A stretch of 64,000 nt of DNA from Amoebophrya sp. A120 (Eukaryota > Protista > Dinoflagellata), in the NCBI GenBank assembly GCA_905178155.1, contig CAJINV010000001.1, positions 999,311 to 1,063,310 on the forward strand, in the 5' to 3' direction. The number at the start of each line of letters is the position of its first letter. Within the stretch, counting starts at the first letter, position 1. Of this stretch, positions 1 through 12,200 are shown one piece after another. Both the position numbers and the translations under genes were made by a program. The notes beneath the pieces were generated by a model, which saw only the letters and a list, made by a program, of their open reading frames with translations, ran no database searches and was not told the DNA's origin.

Positions 1-723
1 GCAAGCAAGAGCAAAGGGCCAAAAGCAAAGGAAAAGAAAGAGGCTCGCTATTGCTTGCTATTAGTGCCGTCGCCTTCCGGGCTGGTTGCGAGTTTGGCGA
101 CTCGCAACCAACCAAGACCAAAGCCCAAAGCACCACCACCCAAGCACCGGGCTTGCCACCACTACAGTAATCGACTTTGCGAGCCCAGCGGGCCCCCGAA
201 GGGCCCGCGCCAAGGGCTCGTAAACATAGTTCGAAAGTAATAAAGGTCCTAGGTAAACTAGGTACCAATGTGTCGCATTGTCCCGTTTTCAGACAATTTA
301 GCGCAAGCTTCTTCGGCACTAAATGAGCTGCCAAGGTGAGTCGTAGACCCCAATAAACAAGATCGCAAGGCAGACTTGTTACTGATGTACTTCGATATAA
401 CTGTCTCATATTTCAGATAAAATCAATTCTCCCCATATTTCAGATAAAATCAAAAGCTACATTCAAGAAGTAGCAGGGCTTCCAATCGTTAGATGTGCGC
501 TAGATGAGAGTGATCACAAGCATCTTCGCGTATCTTTTCGAGAAGAGATTTAGTAAAGACGAAATCCCATTCGCAGGTTAGTTTTTGTAAGCACATTCAC
601 CGGGAGGAGGCGACGAAGATGAATCATGTAGTACTACGAATCAACTTTTACTTCTCTTCAATTATCCCAATCCCCAAAAATTATTGCTTCGCTTCACTCA
701 GCTCCCAAACGACTTACCGCTTC

Positions 724-3700
724 TTACTTTGCCTTCGCGGTAGAAGTTCCAGTTCCTCCCGCGGCGGTGTGCAGCAATCGAGCGTAGATTCCTTGTTCCA
801 GTTTCGCGAGTTCGTTATGGAAGCGCCAGGATAGAAATCGCTCAAGTTGAAATGAAATAGTTTGTCATGCATAAAATGCAACGCAAAAATTGCCTCTATT
901 GCAGAGGACGCAAGGGAGGCAGATTGTAGTGCTGGGGAGGGTCGGAAATTGGGCTGGTGATTAGCATCACAGAGGGGAGTCTCTTTGCCCTAAACAGCAG
1001 CACAAACTGCCCTCCGGTACGGACAACATTTGTCATGCATCGACTAGAAACTGCGGGTCCAATTGGTATCGATTTTATGCATTACAAGTTATTCCAACTT
1101 TTTCGATTTCGATCCTGACGCCTCCATATTCGTCGTGCGTTCCGTATTCCGCGATTTTTCCCTGCGCCAACACGAAAATACAGTCCGAAGCCCGAATCGC
1201 GGACAGCTTGTGGGTATCAAATGTAAAAATGTCTGGGTCTGGAAGAATGCAACTTGTCATGCTAATTCTGAAGCATGCAAAAATCTGTGTTGCATGATTA
1301 CCAAAAGTCGTCCAGTTTTGACCAAGTCCGGAGGGAGTTTCTCATGCAGGATAGGCATGAGAGAGATCGCGCAGAATCTGTCACGCTAGGTCCTGCATTC
1401 CAGACCTCATGGGTCATGTAAAAGCTGCATGACAAATCGCGCACTCTTCCAGATCCAGACATTTTTACAGTTGATAGTGGGCCACCGTGATCGTGATCAG
1501 GCCGCGATCCCGGCTCTGCTTGCGGTCCGTAATTCTGTCGATGGCCTGCTGCACTTCGCGCTCACTTCGGTTATCTAACGCCGAAGTGGCCTCGTCCAGC
1601 AGCAAGATTTTCGGGCGGCGGAGCAACGCCCGCGCGATCGCGATCCGCTGCTTCTGCCCCCCGCTGATTTTGCTGCCCTTCACCCCCAACTTCTCTTTCG
1701 TCCAGGACAGAATGCGCCCGCCGCGCGCGTTTTTCGCAGTCGGCGCTAAATCGTGGCTCTGCGTCTCCGCCGGCGCCTCGATGTCCACGGGAGCTGCAAG
1801 TCCGGCGTGGAATAAATTCACGTCAGCCTCCTCCCACACGTCTGCCTTCTTCTTCCTTCCGCCCCGCTTGTTCAGCGAGGTCCTCGACGTTCCCTGCACC
1901 ACTTTAATCGGGGGCTCCGCGGCTAAAAAGTCCAGGCAGGCCATCTGCGCGACCCGCTGCAGCTCCTCGCGGGTGACGGTGGTCGGAGCCGGGTGGCCGT
2001 AGAGCAAGTTTTCCAAAGCGGAAAGGTCGAACACGATGGGCTCCTGCCCCACGTACCCGATTAGATTCCGCCACTTCCGGAGCTGCACTTCCAGGGAGAG
2101 ATCGTGCGCCGCGAGCGGCGTGTCTGTTGGGGTGACCAGCAAGCAACCGTTCCGCGCCGGGTCATAGTGGAGCCGGATCTCCGGCGGCGGTTTTTTAGAA
2201 CTCGCAGTTGGAGTAGTTGTGGCATTTTTATCAGTAGAAGTAGACCCCTTGATGTTTTTTATTCCGTTTGCAGCAGTTTTGATGTTTGCATCATCATCTT
2301 TTTTCGCACCAACAGGTTGTTTATTTTCTTGCTGTTCATTTTTCCCTTTATTCACATTGCCTTTCTCTTTTCCCCCGCCCGCCGCGCTTTCTACCGGCGC
2401 ACAAGAACTGGTGGGAGAAGGCAGAGTAGGACTAGGACCACCAGCAGAGGTGCTGCTACCAGTTGCGATGGGAGGTGTTGCTGGATTTATTCGACTTTTC
2501 CTCGCCTCAGCCGATCCGTCGCCAGTGTCGTCGCCGGACTTTTTTATTTTGCTGCCCTTCTTGCTGCCGACAGATTTTTTGCTGTCCTTACTCCCCGACC
2601 GAAACAGCTTGCTCTTACTCCCGGACCGGGAGAGCAGTGCCCTCTCGTCCACGATGCAGTTCGGGTCGTAGAACCGGGCAAGCAGCGCAAGGATGCTGCT
2701 TTTCCCGCTGCCCGTTGGGCCGCAGATCCCGATGCTTTGCCCCGCGGTAAAGTGGAAGTTCTGCAGGTTCCGCAGCACCTCCGTGTTCGGCCGAGTCGGG
2801 TAGCGGAATCGCACCCGGTCATACTATCCCACAGAAAAGGAACGACCATAAGGCATATTTGTATATTTATATAAGTATGCAAAACGAAATGTATACTGTA
2901 AGAAAAAACTGTCATGGTCGGGCCCATAGCGTGCTATTTAGGACAATATTCGATTTTTTTGTTTTTCTTTTTTTTGCATTTTGCACCCATTCTGTCTTTT
3001 ATTTCTGTGAGATACATACTCCACCTTACCGACCTCCGGAAACGAGACCCGGGGTTTGTCCGGCAAGTCCAGCAGCTCCAGTGGCGAGCCCCGCTTCACT
3101 TTTCCCTGCGAAGCTTCATCTACGTCGATTCTCGGCTTGCGGTCGATCACTTTGAACAGGTCGTGCGCCGCGGTGAAGGCGCGCCCGGTGTCCGGCCCGA
3201 GGTGCACCATGCGGCCCATTTCGCCGGCCAGGTTGTTCATCATGTTCACCGCCAGCGCGATGCCGGATAGCCACGTGCCGATGTACTCGTTTTTGAAAAA
3301 GTCGAACACCTGGCTCGGGGTCTGGATGTAGGTTAAGTCGTACTGTTTCACCCCCACCGAGACGAAACCAATCACGACCGCCCAATTTACCAGCGGCCCG
3401 AGGAAGCTCTGCATGCTGAAGCCGAGCCCTAGGATGACCGCGTTCTTCAGGGCGTCCGCGTCCTTATTGTCGCGGTGGGTTTTCACGCACTCTGCGTACT
3501 TCCGCGCGAACATGGGCTCCGCGCCGGACAGCGCCCGCACCGCGCGGATGTTGTACAAGCACTCGGAGGCGTAGTGCCCGGCGAGGGTGAGTTGCGGCGT
3601 CACCGCGTCCGCGGCCAGCTGCCGCATCATGCAGGCCATGATCACCCCCATGGACGCGAAGGAAACCAAAATCAGCAGCAGCATCAGCTTATCAACTGCA

Positions 3701-6700
3701 AAAATGTCTCGGTCTGGAAGATTCTGACACTTGTCATGCACGTTTTGCATGAGCCATGATGTCTGTGATGCATACCCTAGCAGTACAGATTTTTTGAGGG
3801 CTTCTTGATGCCTATTCCGCATGAAAAATGCCTTCTCAGCGTAGCAAAACGAGCACTCCCTTTGCTACTTCTGCAATACAGATTTTTTTGGAATCCAAAC
3901 GCAGCATCACAAGTTGCATTCTTCCAGTCCCAGACATTTTTGCATTTCATACAGCTTCCACTGGTTGATACAGCCCCAAACCACGGTGACCAGCAGCAGT
4001 GCGGCCGCCTGGAAGTACTATTGAAAGGAAAAACTCCCCCTCCCCATATCGAAAAGGCATGTTTCCGCGAATTTGTGTTGCTGATTTGAGGTCGCAAATC
4101 ACATTTGTCTTGCAAGAAGACAAGTGCAAAAGCTTCCGCCATATTATCGAGGCGGTTTGTCATGCCGTTGGGCCTAAAGGGAGGCCGTTTGCCATGCTGA
4201 GCAACTAGACCCATACGCCCCCAGCTAGCCGGCGAATCTGGCCGCCATGCCTTTCTGCAACACAAATTTGTGTACCCAAATCCAGCATCAGAAATTTCGT
4301 TTTGATATGGGGAGGGGGGATTTTTCCTTTTGATAAGTACAGGGCGAGATTCGGGCCGCACACGTCCGCGACGTTCTGCGTGGACTTCGACAGCAGGGTC
4401 GAAAGCTGCCCCGGCGAGTGCTCCGGGTGGTCGAAAAAGGCGAGTTCCAGCTTCAGCATCGCCCGCCAGGTCTGCTGCCTTAGGCGGTAGGTAATGTTCG
4501 CGCCCGCGAACGCCAGCGCGGCCTGGCCGCCGACCACGGCTACCGCGTTCACCACAGCGGCCACCAGCATCTTCCAGCCAGCGTCGCGGACGCCCACGTT
4601 CACCTCGGGGGCCTCCCCCTCCATCGTACTGGCTTGCTCCTGCATGGCGTCGCGGAAGAAGGTGGAGATCAGGGGACCGTTGAAGCCCTGCGCGAGGGAA
4701 AAAACCAAGGCCAGCACCAGCAGCCACCGCTCGGCGCCCTGGTTCAGCAGGAGCAAGCGGAGCCAGGGCTTCTCGTAGGTCTTCAGCACCTCCTTCTGCC
4801 GCTCCTTCTCCTTCGCCTCGTCCGACTTCACCTCGTTCAGATTCTCCATTTTTTTCTTCTCCGTCGCCTCGTCAACGACCTTCGGGAGGTGCTTGTCCAC
4901 GACCTGGGCCTCAACCTCCCGCGAGGTCTGGCGAGATGAAGCATCAAACTCGCTCGACTTCCGGGCTCGCGTGGGCTTCCCGGCGGAGGACAAGAGGGGA
5001 GACGATGATCGAAGAGACGTTTTTCCTTGTTCCTTTGTCGACAGACGAATTTTTCCCATATCTTGCTCCTCTTGCCCACCTACCCCCACTCCTGCGTCGG
5101 ACGACCGGCCTTCGCGGTCCTCTTCCAACAGGGTGGCTAACGTCGATTTCTTCGGCTTCATCTCCGGGGTCGCCCTTTGACGTTCCTCCTCAACGATCGG
5201 CGTGAGGATTAACTGCAGACTCGCGGGTGCTGTTGCCTCCTCGGGCTGTTGATGTTTCTCGTCGGTATTCAACGAGGAGGAGGACGGCGCACCATCCTCT
5301 CCTGCACCAGCTACCTCCGCAGCCTTTTCAACATCTGGCGCAACTGCAGCTGCAACGCCCCCGGCCAAGAACTCCCGCGCACTTCTACTCTCGTCGTCCG
5401 TCTCGATGGCGTGGTAGTTTGTTCCCTCCAAATAATCTGCTCGCCCGACGATTGGAGCCGCGGTCGTGCTCTGCAGGTCGTTCGCCACGGTCAACTGGTA
5501 GTACTCGCCCTGCTTTGCCACCAGCTCTTTGTGCGTGCCGGACTCGACGACGCACCCGTTTTTGAGCACGTAAATTCTGTCACTGTTCTGCACGGTGCTC
5601 AACCGGTGCGCCACCGTGATCACGGTGAGATTCTCGGACGCACAAATGCGGTCGATGGTCGCCTGCACCAGCCGCTCAGACTCGTAGTCCAGCGCAGAGG
5701 TCGCCTCGTCCAGCACCAGCAGCCCCGGGCTCCGCACCAGCGCGCGCGCGATGGAGAGCCGCTGCTTTTGCCCCCCGGAGAGTTGCGCCAAGTTCCCGCC
5801 GGACACGAAGGTGTCTAGTCCGTCTGGCAGATTCCGGACCACCTCGCCCACCTGGGCCTTGTCGCAGATTTTCAGCAGCTTTTCGTCGGACACCAGCGCC
5901 GCCTGCTCCGGCTCCATGCCGAACAGTAAATTGTCACGGACGGTGCCGTGAAAAAGCACCGGTTCCTGGGACACCCAGCCGATGTGCTGCTTCAGGTCCT
6001 CCAGGTCCAGCCCGCGTAAGTCCTTGCCGTTGTAGGAGATCGACCCCTGGTCCACGTCGTAAAACCGCGCGAGCAGCTGCAGCACCGTGCTTTTTCCCGA
6101 CCCGGACTGGCCCACCAGGGCCACCTTCTGCCCCGGTTCCACCGAAAAGGAAAAGTTCCGCAACACTTTCTGGTCAGCACCAGCACCCTCTTCTCCGGTG
6201 CTTAGTGCCTTCGTCATCATGCCAGAGGACGGCGCGTCGACATGGTCAACTACATTATCAGTCCGCCCAGCCTGATTTTCCGTTTCCTTCTCGAAGCCCA
6301 CGGGAGTTCTCGGATAACTGAAACTCACATTCTTCGCCTCCACCCGGATGCCGCCTTGGGTGAGCAACTTCTCGGAGCCGTTCTGGATTACCAAATTTTC
6401 CTCCTGGGCCAGCTCGACCACCCATAAGAGGTTCGCCAGCGCAATGCGGCCGCGGCTGTAGGCCTCGATCCAGGGGAGCAGCATGAACATCGACACCGTG
6501 GACATCATCACACCCGCAAGGCCCTGGAAGATGTCCTGCAAACCTGGAAATGACGTGGAAGACGAGGAAGATAATGTGCTATATTTTGCGTATAGCTGTG
6601 AAGTGGCTCCTGTGGTGCGCCCACTACTCTATTAATGCAGCTCGAGTAATACTGAATTATAAAGCGAGGACTGCTATGCACGAGGGAGCAGCAGCCCAGT

Positions 6701-8339
6701 TACTTCTTATTATCAAAATTTATACCGTAATTGACGCCGAACAGTGTGAAGGTGCCGTCCGCGTGCAGCAAGTAGAGCCCGGCGAACACGAAGGTCAGCG
6801 CGAAGGACACCTGGAAGCCAAAGAAAATGAGCGCGAAGCCGAAGGCTTTCGTGACGCCGATCCGTTTTTGCTCGGTGCGGGCGTCGTCAAGCAAACCTGC
6901 GTAGCGCGCCGCGGTCTCCTCTTGCGCGTTGCACGCATGCACCGTGCGGATGTTCGCGAGAGACTCCTCCACGATCACGCCCGCCTGTTCGTAATTCGGA
7001 ACGGTTTTGGACAGTCCCGCGCGCGTATGAGAGTGCACAACTCCCCCTCCCTCTCTACTTTTGTCATGCAAAATACCAAATTCACCGTTTGCCTCTTGGC
7101 AACTTTTGCATGACAGGTTCATCTGGTAGATCAAACAACACTACAATCCTGGGTGAAATTGTCATGGAAAACCCGCATTCTCGCCGACGCTTGTATTTTT
7201 GCTGCTCATGCAACACAAATGAGGGGGAGGGGAAAAGGTTGTGCATTTTCATAGCGCGCGACCCGGATGTACATGGACATGCCGATGGCGACAAAGGACA
7301 CCATTGGGATGGCGACGAAGGCCATCGGCCAGCAGGCGAACACGGTGTAGCCGAGGCCGCCCACTAGCATGAAGATGTATGGATTGTAAAAATGTCTGGG
7401 TCTGGAAGATTTTGAGATTTGTCATGCTTGTCTGGCATGACCAAAAAGTTTGTGATGCGTGTCCAAGAAGAGGCCCTTTTGCCTGTCATGCGAAAACGCA
7501 GTTTGTCATGCGAAAAACGCAACAGCAAGAAGCGCAGATATTTCTCATGCTTGCCTGTGCATTACAGAGCACTCACCATTCCCAACGCTGCATTACAAGT
7601 TTCCAGACCCAGACATTTTTGCAGTTGATAAGATGGAAGCCACCGCCATTTGCAGCTTCATGCCGACCACCTCGGTGAGGTTCCCGATGTCCTCGTTTAG
7701 TCGGGTGGGGACCAGCAGCGCATTTTCCTTGTCGAACCAGCCCATGTCGAGCAGCAAGACGCTGCTGAAGTAGGCGCTGCGCCACTGGTAGCTGAGACTC
7801 TCGTTCGCCAGCCGCAGGTTCAGGGACGCGACGAAGCCGAACACGGTCGCGCCGAGGGCGAACACGAGGAACCAAAACAGCTTCGACCACAGCCGCGCGC
7901 CGATGTCGTCCGCCTCCGCGGTCTTCCAGGCCTCCATCGCGACACTGAGGGGCTCGGGCGGCTGAATCACCGGGACCTGCACCCTCCACAGCTCGGTCAT
8001 CGTGGCGAACCCGATAATCATGGGGGACGCCTGGCACAGGCCCTGCAGCAGCGCCCCGAGGCACCCGCACCACAGCATGCGGCGTTCCTTGGCGGTGGCA
8101 AACTTGAAAAAGCTTCCCAGCTTGATCTCCTCGGGATCGATCTTCCGAACCTTGTGATGATGCTTGGTCTTGGTCTCCTTCGCAAGCTGGTCAAAATTTT
8201 GACCAGTAGACCGATTTTCAACATCGTCCTCGGTCTCATCCAGAACGCCGACGGCGGTGTCTGCAACGGCGTCCAGCAGCGGCAGGGTCTCGTCATTTTC
8301 GCCTATCGTGGGCAAGTAGCTCCTGAGGACAGAGGACAT
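724..8339 (-). CDS. ABCB/MDR-type full-length ABC transporter (TMD-NBD-TMD-NBD), spliced
   Basis: Walker A motifs GQSGSGKS and GPTGSGKS, signatures LSGGQKQR and ISGGQKQR, Walker [11 protein letters not shown] in both NBDs. Removing 7 TIR introns plus a GT-AG intron (~6544-6726) gives continuous ...TVAHKLSAIR...[18 protein letters not shown]...; stop TAA at 724-726. Confidence 0.93.
816..1128. mobile_element. TIR introner (singleton type)
   Basis: TIR TATGGA(A/G)GCG(C/T)CAGGAT; DR TTCGT; removal gives GTHDE|LAKL. Confidence 0.9.
1215..1476. mobile_element. TIR introner family A
   Basis: TIR TATCAAATGTAAAAATGTCTGGGTCTGGAAG; DR GTGGG; removal gives TVAH|KLS. Confidence 0.95.
2825..3014. mobile_element. 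TIR introner (short TIR, AT-rich, old)
   Basis: TIR TATC(C/T)CACAGAAA; DR CATAC; removal gives KVEY|DRVRF. Confidence 0.85.
3690..3951. mobile_element. TIR introner family A
   Basis: Family A TIRs; DR CAGCT. Confidence 0.95.
4019..4335. mobile_element. TIR introner family B
   Basis: TIR TATYRAAAGGAAAAA...CCCCCTCCCCATATC; DR AGTAC. Confidence 0.95.
7026..7253. mobile_element. TIR introner family C
   Basis: TIR TATGARARTGCACAAC...CCCCCTC; DR GCGCG. Confidence 0.9.
7378..7630. mobile_element. TIR introner family A
   Basis: Family A TIRs; DR AGATG. Confidence 0.95.
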
Positions 8340-9249
8340 GATCTAGTACCTAGATGCCTGGAAAATGTAGATATAGAAAGAGTAGCCAAGGTTAAAGAAA
8401 CTCAGCAATCAAAATCTAAGACTGTGTTTAAAACTTATCGTCCCGACGTAAGTCGTTTCACTTTATTTTGATGGAAATGCATAAAAAATAAACCACAACG
8501 GTATAACAACAATGATATGCAACCAGTAATGCTTTCTTTGACATAAACGAGACACCTTTCACTTGCCGCCACAGAATCACCGTGCCAAGATCTGTCAAAA
8601 ATCAAAAGAAAAATAGAGTTTGGCTACCGAAAAAAACTTGACAAGAAGCCGACCTCCAACAGGCACTTCGGTTCCATTTCGGCTTCAGGTTTCTTCCAAA
8701 TGCAAATTGAAACATCAAATACAAATTTCCCGAACATGTACATTGGATCATCGGAATTTTGCGAGCACAATAGTTTGGATCATCGCAAGGAGTCGTGTTT
8801 AAAAATCTGTTTCACAAGAAACCACACGCATCCGACACCAGTGCGACCACCGATCTATCTTCTTGATCCTCTTCACATTGCGCAAAGCAAATGGAATCTT
8901 CTGTAAGTACCACGCCGATGCTGCGAGCAGATGAACGGAAAGGTAATTGAATAAAATAGACTTACTCCTGACCAGCACTACTTGCTCCGAGATGAAGATC
9001 CGTTTTGTTGGTGGAAACAAAATGTTTCTTGAAAAGGAAGGAACATGGGCACGTCCCTTGCTGCTTGCGAGGCTAGCCAGGAAAACCAGCTATGAACGTG
9101 GCGACCACGCGTGCAGCATGTAATGGTAATGAATTTAGAACACCATCCTCCCACGTAAGCGGTTTTTTCGTTTGTTTCAAATATGCGGTTTCTGGTCCAA
9201 TGTTCTGACTTTCAAACTCCTATATACTGCTTATGCGGCACTTCGGCTT

Positions 9250-12200
9250 CTAAAAGTCGGTGAAAATGGTTCTCAACCCTCCGCCAATCGCAGCTAGCAA
9301 GCGGCGCTTTTCTTGCCAGAACACCCGCTTTTTCTCGGCCGCGGTCAGCGGGCCGGGTGGCAAAGGGAAGGACGCCGTGTGCCCATTGTAGGAGTACCGC
9401 ACGGCTGGCTGCCCTTCAACACCGTCACCGTCTTCAAGTAGATCTCCCTCGTGCAGAAGTTGTTGTCCTTGATGTAGTCCTCTTCTACCTACGTCAGAAG
9501 TGGTTGCTGTCCTAGTACCACCAAAAATTTTACTACTATTCCCAGCGCTGCTCTCCTGCACCACAATCCGCAGGGGCAACGTGGAAGAACTTCCTTCCCC
9601 GGTGTCGTCGTCGAAAAAAGCAGCAGAGCTCTTCGCCAATTCGTCGTACAGAAACCCGGGTGGTAAGGCGACTTCCAAGAAGACCCGAGATGCAGTTGCA
9701 GCACAACTTGGAGCTGCATGCTTGTTCGAAGATCCTGTCATCTGGAGGGTGCTGCCAATGGACGCAGTTCCTGTAGAAGTACTAACGCTAGTACCAAACG
9801 CACCAGTCGGAGGTGGTGAAAAACTCGATGAGGATGAAAACTTCTCCTCGACCACCTCTGAACTTCGCAAAGCCCCAGAAAAGGCCCGAGGAGGCGGAAA
9901 TTTCGGTGCTGACGCGGAGTTCTCCTCAGCTTGCTGTACCTCCTCAATAGCCCCGGGGGTTTGAGTACTTCTAAATGAACTGCCCGCTGATGCTTCTCCT
10001 CCTCCTCCCGGTGCTATGTTCATGCCCGGATGAATACTGCTGGAGGCCGTGCTGTTCGTGCTATCGGCGGGCGACGCCGCGTGGAAAGGCTCTTTTTGCT
10101 CGGAACAAAGCGGTTCTGAAACTATTCCGCCGGCTGGCGCTTCCTCCTCTGGTTTGGTGCTGGACGCCATGATTCTTGCGGGCGGCGGTGGACCGACTTT
10201 CGGAAGTTCTTCGCTACCTGGAGGAGGTACTATTGGCTCAGCAGTTCTTGGCCCTTCTTGTTCACTATGCTGCGTTGAACTCGTAGTTGCGACCATTTCA
10301 ACACCTTGTTGCGAACTTCGTTCTCCGTTGCCACCAGCTGCCCCACCACTCGGTGCTGATGTACTATCAACAACCCTCGACGATGAAGCAGGTTCCTGCT
10401 CGACGCTTCTACTGGTAGAAGTACTAGTTCGACTTTCCTCCTTGGCCCCCGCCACAACTTGAACTTTCCGTGCGCCAAACTGCGTGAGCAAAAAATTTTC
10501 CGCGGCTTCCGGCTGCACCCGGCGCACGTTGCTGGTCCCTCGTGGTTTTTCTTCAGCAAGATCATTTCTTTCCAAATCCAACTCCTCCTCCCCCGACATC
10601 CACCGCAGCACTACCACTTCCTCGATTTGCAAACTGTGCTTGAAGCACCGCAGCACGTCGGGCCAATCCGAAAAGGTGCGCGTAAAGGTTTTCGAACTTA
10701 TTGCAGCTTTACTGCCACTGGCTTGATGTCCGGCTTCTGGTTCTTCTTGCAGTCCTCGTCCAGCTGAGCTACAATTGTCCTGCACTCCCGACGGAACCAT
10801 CGTGGTGACGAGGCAGATCTTGTCGCCGACCCGGAACCCCAAGCTCGCCGCGAACTTGGACACGCGGCGGCTTTGCTATGGATTGCAAAAATGTCTGGGT
10901 CTGGAAACTTGTAATGCTAAAAAGGAATGATAGACGCACTGCAATACGCAGCTTGCTATGCATGACAATTTTTTTGGCTGCCATGTGTTACGTATTCCGC
11001 ATCGCAAACTGCGTTTTTGCATGACAAGTAAGAATGCCGCTTCGTGCGTATGCAACACAAACTCTCGAGTCATCCCAGACAAGCATGACAAACTTCAATT
11101 CTTCCAGACCCAGACATATTCGCAATTCATATTTGCCGCGTCGTGCCCATGATGTCCATGCCCCAGCTGGTCTGCGTCGTTTCGCGCTGCAGCTTCAGCT
11201 ATCCTGTGAAAAAGTATCGCACTCGTACTAATTGCAGATATGCATGACAAATCCAACTTTCTACCTGAAATAGCATGACAAATTGCATTTTTGTTCTTGG
11301 GAAAATTTGTAATGCAATTTATACTAGTACGATAGTTTTGCAATGCATATCAGCACCCGGAGCGCCACCTGCTTCTTGGCCGAGACGTCGAGCATGCGCA
11401 TGTAGTGCACCTGCAGCATATCGGCCCGCTCCGGCATCCGCTTCACGTGGGTCAGCAGGTCCTGCGGTTCCAACAAGCCGCCGCGCATGGACGGCAGCAC
11501 CAGTCGCTCGCACCCGGGCACCACCGTCACAACTTGCTGCTCCAGCTGCTGTCTCCCATGCAAATCCTGGGTACACGTCTTCAGCACTTCGCGCAGCACT
11601 TATTACGATGAAAAATGCCCCCACCCCGGAATTTTCAGAAGTTTGTCATGCAAAGCTTCCAAATGAAAGCTTTTTGTCTTGCATAAAAGGATTGCGAGCG
11701 TTCCTGATACAGAATCTGGGTGCTCAAGGCGCCTTGTGTATAACAGATCCAGCTGCTGTTGGGCTACTTCGAAACACAAATTTGACCTCTTCAGCATGGA
11801 AAATTTGTGATGCTGAGATATGCAAGACGGGGAATGTTTCTGTTGGAAAGGTTTGCAATACAAATGCTGCCAAGCTGGGGCATTTTTCATTGTAATAGCA
11901 CTTTTTCGGGCAAGAAATCGACCCGATCCACCACGACTGCGGCGTTGGTGCCGACATTGTACACGTTGGGGCGGTGCAGAATCAGATTGATCACTTTTTC
12001 CCGGCCGAACACCTGCAAGATCCTTTCGGGGTCCGTTTCCCCGTTCGCGACGCGGATCACGTCATCCTTCTGCGGTCGGAACGGCTGCAACCGGGCATGC
12101 GCCTCGTTCCACCGAAAAAGTGCCTTGTCGCTGTAAATTTCCGCCATGAACAGCCGTGGGGTCCGGCTACTGCTCCCCTGAGGACCCGACTTCAGCTGCA

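Noticed and set aside
1-260. Purine-rich segment at the window start as a mobile-element end
   Set aside because: Composition resembles the 1.24-kb insertion, but there is no alignable match or boundary within the window.
724-8339. Host genes as transposon-disrupted pseudogenes
   Set aside because: Catalytic motifs are intact and no stops or frameshifts remain at the junctions checked once the elements are removed.
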